IMG/VR virus record: IMGVR_UViG_3300045988_039227
Coordinates: 41,364 to 105,363 of that record
Direction: 5' to 3' (one strand)
DNA length: 64,000 nt
From: a virus
Part shown: positions 58,739-64,000 of the stretch, in pieces
Layout: every line of letters begins with the position of its first letter
Position numbering within the stretch: the first letter of the stretch is position 1
The notes under the pieces: model-generated
What the model was told of the DNA's origin: nothing
Databases searched by the model: none
What the model saw: only the letters and a program-made list of their open reading frames with translations
Program-made: the position numbers and the translations under genes

Positions 58739-59058
58739 ATAAGCACGTAACCTTTAGCTGGAGTTACGTAGAACCAGTATTGGCGCCATTTGGATCCTGC
58801 AGCTCCGAGCGCTGCTAGGGCAGAAAGATTTTCTTTCACCCGGATGTCCCAGTTTATAGAGATTTCAGAAATGGCGGAAACCTCTCGGCGAACTGTATAT
58901 TCGCCCGTTTTCTTTGACTCTTATAAGTTTTAGCTGGACTTATAACCAGTATTGGGTCCATGTGTCAGCTTACCATGGTAGCTTTTTATTTATAGTGTAC
59001 GCACATGGACGCCACTTTATAGATAAACTAAATTTAATAATCTAAAAAATTATGAGTG
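58739..59058 (-). ncRNA. ~320-nt ORF-free structured RNA candidate with two tandem pseudoknot modules
   Basis: No ORF on either strand, and GC-richer than the flanks. Multiple perfect hairpins on the minus strand: GTCCATGTG...CACATGGAC, GGCGAA-TATACAG-TTCGCC, AGAGGTTTC...GAAATCTCT and GCAGC-GCTCGGA-GCTGC. Two copies of CCAATACTGGTT-N-CCAGCTAAA lie at 58920..58956 and 58743..58784. In each copy the hairpin loop pairs with the sequence just downstream (TTATAAGT/ACTTATAA and ACGTAAC/GTTACGT). Confidence 0.55.
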
Positions 59059-59132
59059 GAGTCTATGCAGGAGTCGAACCTGCTAACTATTCCCTTTGTA
59101 TCGGGTCGTCTTTACCGTTTGACTAATAGACT
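59059..59132 (-). tRNA. tRNA-like gene with weak anticodon stem and 8-nt loop
   Basis: On the minus strand: perfect acceptor AGTCTAT/ATAGACT, D arm GTC-AAACGGTAAA-GAC, T arm GCAGG-TTCGACT-CCTGC. The anticodon arm has only CCC/GGG pairing around GATACAAA. Confidence 0.45.
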
Positions 59133-59142
59133 CTAAAGGTGA

Positions 59143-59466
59143 TTACTTAGTACGAGTAATCCAATTCCATAATCGTTTGTACCAAGGTTTCTTGACCTTC
59201 TCTTCTGCTGGTACAGCTGTGCATCTTCTGTAAACCCCACCATCCTTTATTATGGCTGAGAGATTCTCTGGCAAAAGCTCGTCGAGCAAATAATCTGTAA
59301 AGATTGATATGATTGTATCGTAATCACAATCAGTTATCTTCATACCAAGAGAAATCTTCTTGCCAATGAAATATGCTGTAACATCGTTTGCGTTAGCAAT
59401 GTCAAGCATAGAGATTACATACTTAGGTCTTTTTACCTTAACTGTCTTTTTAATAGCTTTCTTCAT
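59143..59466 (-). CDS. hypothetical protein (107 aa)
   Basis: Intact TAG-free track ORF ending at TAA. Confidence 0.6.
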   Translation of the reverse strand: MKKAIKKTVKVKRPKYVISMLDIANANDVTAYFIGKKISLGMKITDCDYDTIISIFTDYLLDELLPENLSAIIKDGGVYRRCTAVPAEEKVKKPWYKRLWNWITRTK

Positions 59467-59476
59467 AACTTAAATA

Positions 59477-59863
59477 TTAACATGACTCACAACAAGAATC
59501 TCCACATTCGTCGCAATCAAGATCCCTAGGCTTATTCTCCTTCTGCTTAGCTGCCCACTCTTCCTTTCTCTTCTGGTCAGCTTCTTTAGCATTATTAAGG
59601 GCTTTCAACCAATCTTCAGACTTAACTATAACGAAGTCTGCGCCAAGATCTCTATCGTAGAATGTGATAAGGATATCATCTTTCTTTACATCCGCCTCAA
59701 TGGTCTCATTAGGGAAGAACTTAGATGTCCACTCTATATGAGCATCTTCTGGAACAACGTAAACGTCGTCAATTCCTCTTGCGGATCTTTCGATTGCCTT
59801 AACCTCAGTTGTTTCTACATCAACAACAATAGGCTTGCGATCAATGTTTATTATCTTTTTCAT
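59477..59863 (-). CDS. hypothetical protein with C-terminal Cys cluster (128 aa)
   Basis: Intact TAG-free track ORF ending at TAA. The C-terminus reads CDECGDSCCESC. Confidence 0.6.
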   Translation of the reverse strand: MKKIINIDRKPIVVDVETTEVKAIERSARGIDDVYVVPEDAHIEWTSKFFPNETIEADVKKDDILITFYDRDLGADFVIVKSEDWLKALNNAKEADQKRKEEWAAKQKENKPRDLDCDECGDSCCESC

Positions 59864-60071
59864 ATGGGCTTAATGGTTTATTTTTATTATCTTTAAATCT
59901 ATTCTTAAGCTTGAATCTAAATAGTTTGTTTATTAATACGTCTCTAGTATCATCTTGATCTTTCATAACATCGACTACGAACTAAAACTAATGCATAACT
60001 ATTTGTTTTACTAGCTATGGGTCATCGTTCAATGTACGTCCAATCTATCTACAAACTTTATCTATATTCAT
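59841..60071 (-). CDS. small hypothetical protein (76 aa with 4 TAG read as sense)
   Basis: Frame 0 was checked. The ATG at 60071..60069 shares its A with the upstream TAA (TAATG). There are 4 TAG, and TGA at 59841..59843 overlaps the next gene's start by 23 nt. It fills an otherwise ORF-free gap. Confidence 0.45.
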
Positions 60072-60499
60072 TACTTCTCTACTATTTCAGTTGCTACAAT
60101 ATCGTAAAGTGATACGAGTTGAGAGTCCTTAAGCAAATCGAAATACATAGCACCTCTAGATGATCTATATATAACGATATCTCCAACCTTGATAGGCATC
60201 TGCTGTATCTTTTCATCGTCATATGGATGCGTGTACTCATATGGCAACTTAAGTACAACGGCTCTAGAGAAATCTGAATCAACTTCCTTAATCTCTGTCT
60301 TTACTTCATCATAATCAACTGCCTCGATCCCATCCTTATCCTTCTTAGGCTTAGTGTCTTTAGCCACAGGTTCGGAGATCTTCTTCTTAACTTTAACAGG
60401 CTCAAGCGGCTTTACCAAGAACATCTGTCTGAACTCATACTTTATTTTTGAGCTCAAGTCTTCAGCCAACTGGGTCTGATCTATCATCTTCTCATCCAT
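60071..60499 (-). CDS. GroES-like co-chaperonin candidate (142 aa)
   Basis: Intact TAG-free ORF. The pattern LVKPLEP...(long charged loop)...AVVLKLP...IKVGDIVIYRSSRGAMYFDL...LVSLYDIVATEI follows the Cpn10 layout (recognised by eye). Confidence 0.4.
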   Translation of the reverse strand: MDEKMIDQTQLAEDLSSKIKYEFRQMFLVKPLEPVKVKKKISEPVAKDTKPKKDKDGIEAVDYDEVKTEIKEVDSDFSRAVVLKLPYEYTHPYDDEKIQQMPIKVGDIVIYRSSRGAMYFDLLKDSQLVSLYDIVATEIVEK

Positions 60500-60500
60500 A

Positions 60501-60917
60501 TTACTTCTTCAATCCTTTAAGGTACTCAAGTAATTTAATCATGTTTCTCAATACTGTCTCCTTCTCAACAAGCAAACACTGAGGAGTATCCTCGTTGTTT
60601 CCTCTGCTAAGATTATAAAGCTCCTCGTTGTATTCTGAGAGCTTATTGTCGATCTCGTCAAAGATATTTACGAATCTCTTCTTTTCGTCAACCTCCTCAA
60701 CATACCCGTTATCGAGAAGCATCTTGGCATATTCCTTTGAGATTCTATAAACAGAATTATAAGAAGAAACAACCGTTGAATTGTCTTCGTTTGAGCTATT
60801 ATGCTCTTCGTTATATACACTTTCGTACTGATCTGTATCAGCGTTGTACTCAAATGTATCACCATTCTCCATTACGAAGAAAGGCTTAATAACCTTTAAA
60901 ATCTTTGTCATATCCAA
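60501..60917 (-). CDS. hypothetical protein (138 aa)
   Basis: Intact TAG-free track ORF ending at TAA. It is the first gene of the minus-strand block. Confidence 0.6.
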   Translation of the reverse strand: MDMTKILKVIKPFFVMENGDTFEYNADTDQYESVYNEEHNSSNEDNSTVVSSYNSVYRISKEYAKMLLDNGYVEEVDEKKRFVNIFDEIDNKLSEYNEELYNLSRGNNEDTPQCLLVEKETVLRNMIKLLEYLKGLKK

Positions 60918-61199
60918 TTGCTTTTATTGTTTTACGCTGCCATAACGAAATAATTTTCAAAAAGGTTGCAAATGGTGTATAAATTTTGTTGAAATAGCAT
61001 TTTTCTTGCAAATATGCAACTTTTTAGGCTTTTTTACGTTAGGGGGATAGTAGGGGTTAGTCAGACTAAGAACCCTTTCTCTTATATATTCTCTTTAGGA
61101 GATCTACTTTAGTAGTACAGCTATTACATTATAGTAAGACTATATAAGTATAGTAGAGCTATATATAAGCTTAATAATAATTGTAAGACTAATAATAAT
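60918..61199. promoter_or_regulatory. divergent intergenic control region
   Basis: A 282-nt ORF-free gap between the first minus-strand gene and the first plus-strand gene. TTGCAAAT occurs at 60966 and inside the near-palindrome TTGCAAATATGCAA at 61006..61019. GTAAGACTA repeats at 61134 and 61183. TAGGGG repeats occur around 61040..61065. Confidence 0.45.
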
Positions 61200-61595
61200 A
61201 TGGATAAGAAGAAGTGTATAATAGATAAATATAACACAGTATATGGATTTAATCTGTTCGTTATAATTAACCCAGATAAGTCTGTAATGGACAAAAGATT
61301 TGCATTTAGGCAAGATGAATCATCTATATATGATGGCGAATGGGCTAAATATACGGCTTATACAGTAACTGGGGCATATGATAAATCAACTGATGAAGAT
61401 TGTGAAATTATAGTAGTAAACAAGATCTGGAATGATGATAATGATATAAATACATTTGCTCACGAGTCATTTCATGCAGCTGTAGACGTACTTGAGGCTT
61501 GCCATATAAAGCTAACTGATGATACAAATGAAGTATTCGCATACTTAATTGGATACTTTACTGAGTGTGTAAACAAAACAGCAAGTAAACGATGA
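61200..61595 (+). CDS. putative zinc metallopeptidase-like protein (131 aa)
   Basis: Intact TAG-free ORF ending at TGA. It contains an HExxH motif (HESFHAAVD). Confidence 0.5.
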   Translation: MDKKKCIIDKYNTVYGFNLFVIINPDKSVMDKRFAFRQDESSIYDGEWAKYTAYTVTGAYDKSTDEDCEIIVVNKIWNDDNDINTFAHESFHAAVDVLEACHIKLTDDTNEVFAYLIGYFTECVNKTASKR

Positions 61596-61606
61596 ATTAG
61601 TTTGAG

Positions 61607-62062
61607 ATGAGTGCTGTACTATATTATGCCGACTTCTTATCTCTACAATACTAGAATAAACCGTGTACAGAATAGTGTAAATATTTCTTTATACATGGAG
61701 TACCAGTAAATATAGCATATATTGTAGAACAGGAGCCGATATATGACATTGATAACCAATGGTTCTAGAAGAGCCTTAAGGAATATAGTATGCTAAAGCA
61801 TAAATTTGGCGAAGATGGAGCTATGAGCTTTATTAAAAACCTATGCAATCTAGGGGTAGCAGGATCAGTAAATGCTACACAAATGATGAAATACATACAT
61901 AGATACGACGATAAATAGGAGCGAGATAAAGCGTTTAGAGCATTTAAATTCAATAGATCAAAGATGAAATATACTCACTTAACACATAACGACGATGGTG
62001 AAATTGTAGAGGAAGAGTGCACAAAATACATAGCCCATGCTGAGCGAAATAGCGAAAGATAA
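61607..62062 (+). CDS. hypothetical protein (151 aa with 4 TAG read as sense)
   Basis: ATG at 61607. Reading through TAG at 61652, 61673, 61772 and 61913 gives a continuous plausible protein ending at TAA 62060..62062. No track ORF of >=60 aa exists on this strand here. Confidence 0.6.
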
Positions 62063-62142
62063 AGAATATTTAAGAGCGGCAGAAATAATACAAAGAGCCG
62101 AGAAAAACGGTAGAAGATTAGGATTTTACGAACCAGATAAAG

Positions 62143-62250
62143 ATGAATCCATTTGATATAATATTCGTGTTTTTAATACTTCCAATAGTAGCTACTACTG
62201 CATGTTGGATAATACTTAAAGAGAGTAAAAATAATGGGAAAGATTAGTAA
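62143..62250 (+). CDS. small membrane peptide (34-35 aa)
   Basis: ATG at 62143, hydrophobic core IIFVFLILPIVATTACWIIL, ends in TAG TAA (62245..62250). Confidence 0.35.
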
Positions 62251-62632
62251 ATATAGCAATTTATACGATAAAGACGGAAAGTTTTTACATAAGCCAGGAA
62301 ATTATTCAATCTATGAACTTGAGGAACTTATAGACACGCTTGACAAAAACTCTAGAGAGTTTGCAAATGCCACAGCGATCCTCATGCATATGTACGAGAA
62401 AGAAGGTAATCCTCATAGAGACGAACTTATACAAAAGCTTATTGAGTAGTCTAAAACAAAAACTACCAAAGCTGAAGTTATAAACGCTTTAAACGATATA
62501 AAAGATGAAGAAGCAAGAGAAAATGAGCCAGGAACAGAGGGATGCGTATCAGAACCTACTGAAGGAGATGGAGAATCTAGGGGAGGAAGCGAATCCAACG
62601 AGACAAATACTACAATTAGCACTGCAGCTTGA
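62234..62632 (+). CDS. hypothetical protein (71 aa if TAG 62447 stops; 132 aa if read through to TGA 62630)
   Basis: Track ORF 62234..62449 ends at TAG. The frame then stays open for 60 codons of acidic low-complexity sequence and overlaps ORF 62505..62723. Confidence 0.5.
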
Positions 62633-62723
62633 TGAAAAAGGAGAGTTCTACAAATTTATAGAAGTATTCGGGAATAGCAGAATAGATGATAAAGATGTCT
62701 TAGGATTGTCCCGAAATAACTAA
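62505..62723 (+). CDS. hypothetical protein (72 aa)
   Basis: Track ORF, TAG-free, ends at TAA, with balanced composition. It overlaps the read-through extension of the previous gene. Confidence 0.45.
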   Translation: MKKQEKMSQEQRDAYQNLLKEMENLGEEANPTRQILQLALQLDEKGEFYKFIEVFGNSRIDDKDVLGLSRNN

Positions 62724-62743
62724 ATTTATATTAGACATAATAT

Positions 62744-63010
62744 ATGGAGATAAAGGAAACGGAATTTGTCCAATTGATTAGACAGCTTAGGGATTACGTA
62801 ATTCTAGACAGAAAGGATTACGAAAAACTCGTACAAAACAGTAAACCAACAGAGTGCAACAAGAGTGCTTTAGAGGCTAGAGATGCCCAAATAAAGCTGT
62901 TAGAGCAGCAATTAGCTCACCAGGAAGACTGGGCTAAATACTGGAAAGATAAGTACAATACATGTCTTAACGAGTTAAAGAAAGAGTCAACTAGATGGTG
63001 GAGATTTTAA
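62744..63010 (+). CDS. hypothetical helical protein (88 aa)
   Basis: Intact TAG-free track ORF ending at TAA. Confidence 0.55.
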   Translation: MEIKETEFVQLIRQLRDYVILDRKDYEKLVQNSKPTECNKSALEARDAQIKLLEQQLAHQEDWAKYWKDKYNTCLNELKKESTRWWRF

Positions 63011-63027
63011 AAATAGGAGATTAAAAT

Positions 63028-63348
63028 ATGTTGGTAGATATATGTGAGATTAGAAAAGAATTAAACGAAGAGGAGAAGGAGATATTTGATAAGGTAATAA
63101 AGGCTATGAATACAGAAAGCATTACAGTAAAGATGTTGAACTTAGCGTTCGCTGTAATATTCTTGTACGTATGCTTTGCAATCCTTCCTTTATGGGCTGC
63201 TATTTCTCTTATCGGAATAAAGCTTGCAATCCCTATTGCCGAGCTTGTCAAATACATAGTTATAGCAAAGAGGTTGGTTAAAAATGACAAGAACATTCAT
63301 AGAAAGTTATTATCAATTAGATTAAAGCTTGCTAGTTTAAAGAAATAA
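63028..63348 (+). CDS. small membrane protein (106 aa)
   Basis: Intact track ORF with a hydrophobic core (LAFAVIFLYVCFAILPLWAAISLIGIKLAIPI). Its TAA shares the A with the next ATG. Confidence 0.55.
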   Translation: MLVDICEIRKELNEEEKEIFDKVIKAMNTESITVKMLNLAFAVIFLYVCFAILPLWAAISLIGIKLAIPIAELVKYIVIAKRLVKNDKNIHRKLLSIRLKLASLKK

Positions 63349-63707
63349 TGAGTACAGTAGCAAAGTTTAAATACAAGGGGAATATATACGCTTATGAAGG
63401 CGTATGTAGATTTAAGATAGGTGATTCGTGGGTTGATGCCGTAATGTATAGCAAAGATAATCATATGTATGTTCGTGAAATACTTGATTTTATAGTAAAT
63501 TTCGAGTGCATAGAGGCTATGAATCCATTGCCTGGAGGAGACGTATACTTAAGGAAACAGAAGACAGTAACTGACATGGTACAAGATTCGCTTGGTCCTG
63601 GATATGTTCCTAGAGGCCATGAAGGAGGTAAGCAAATACTTGTAAAAGAAGTAGAATGTGAAGATCCTGCACAAGATGATTCTGAATCTGCTGACGAATA
63701 TTTCTAG
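63348..63707 (+). CDS. DUF1653-like protein (119 aa to TAG)
   Basis: FKYKGNIYAYEGV......W.DAVMY.......YVREILDF resembles the DUF1653 pattern (from memory). It ends at TAG 63705. Read-through would add 19 codons, to TAA 63765. Confidence 0.5.
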   Translation: MSTVAKFKYKGNIYAYEGVCRFKIGDSWVDAVMYSKDNHMYVREILDFIVNFECIEAMNPLPGGDVYLRKQKTVTDMVQDSLGPGYVPRGHEGGKQILVKEVECEDPAQDDSESADEYF

Positions 63708-63741
63708 AAAATAATAAAATTAAAAGAGAAAAAGTCAAACG

Positions 63742-63942
63742 ATGGAGATTCTAACAGAGCAAAATAAGCATCTTCCATGCGTAACAAATAAAGCGTATGA
63801 AATAACTCTGTTTTTAATGTTTAACAGAGAATTCATGAATGATGTATATAGAACATTTAGTATTATTAGCCGGGGTTTGCGCCTCGGCTTTTTTATTTTC
63901 TATTTTTTTTTATTTTACAAGTGTAAAGACGCGAAACAGTGA
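63742..63942 (+). CDS. doubtful small ORF (66 aa)
   Basis: Track ORF. Its 3' half runs through a strong terminator hairpin and a poly-T tract, so at least that half is unlikely to be coding. Confidence 0.2.
   Translation: MEILTEQNKHLPCVTNKAYEITLFLMFNREFMNDVYRTFSIISRGLRLGFFIFYFFLFYKCKDAKQ
63868..63900 (+). terminator. Rho-independent terminator
   Basis: AGCCGGGG-TTTGCG-CCTCGGCT forms an 8-bp stem followed by TTTTTTATTTT. Confidence 0.7.
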
Positions 63943-64000
63943 AATAGCGCTCCCCCGCCCAAGTACGCGATCCGGGATACCCCCGTCAAAGATTCTAGGC

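Noticed and set aside
58743-58956. The two CCAATACTGGTT..CCAGCTAAA repeats as a mini CRISPR array or solitary CRISPR-like repeats.
   Set aside because: There are only two copies, about 135 nt apart, each embedded in its own pseudoknot with surrounding helices. No cas genes or spacer-like regular spacing are present.
58739-59058. tmRNA or RNase P RNA.
   Set aside because: There is no tRNA-Ala-like acceptor with G3:U70, no tag reading frame and no recognisable conserved P4-type strings. The length is also too short for RNase P RNA.
57928-59132. The tRNA cluster as a prophage attachment or integration site.
   Set aside because: No integrase or recombinase is visible nearby. The tRNAs lie inside a phage operon between phage genes.

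Overview
This is an AT-rich 64-kb piece of a crAss-like (Crassvirales-type) Bacteroidota phage genome. Positions 1-60917 form one continuous minus-strand block. Reading 5'->3' on the minus strand it contains: small genes including a GroES-like protein; a tRNA/ncRNA island; dUTPase; then the virion module. The virion module holds a coiled-coil fibre, a 1208-aa fibre/spike, a TerS-like gene, TerL, portal, a peptidoglycan hydrolase, a scaffold-like protein, the major capsid protein, connector-sized proteins, a family of modular fibre proteins including a BACON-like one, lysis genes, a 1570-aa tail protein, and a giant protein of more than 3500 aa that runs off the left edge. Positions 61200-64000 are a divergent plus-strand block of small genes. 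The six-frame track looks shattered because TAG is a sense codon here. When I read the frames codon by codon, dozens of in-frame TAG appear but no TAA or TGA, and every gene ends at TAA or TGA. A canonical tRNA with anticodon CUA lies at 57928-57999. All CDS coordinates below were re-derived by hand with TAG read through. Starts are the most upstream ATG after the preceding in-frame TAA/TGA, so they may be off by a few codons. The most unusual locus is 57928-59132. It holds the amber suppressor and an initiator-like tRNA(CAU) gene split in its anticodon loop by a 516-bp insert. That insert carries a PD-(D/E)XK homing-endonuclease-like ORF plus a second tRNA-like CAU element. The same locus holds two further non-canonical tRNA-like genes and a ~320-nt ORF-free, visibly structured RNA with two tandem pseudoknot modules. 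Most functional calls rest on motif recognition by eye and on gene order, not on searches.
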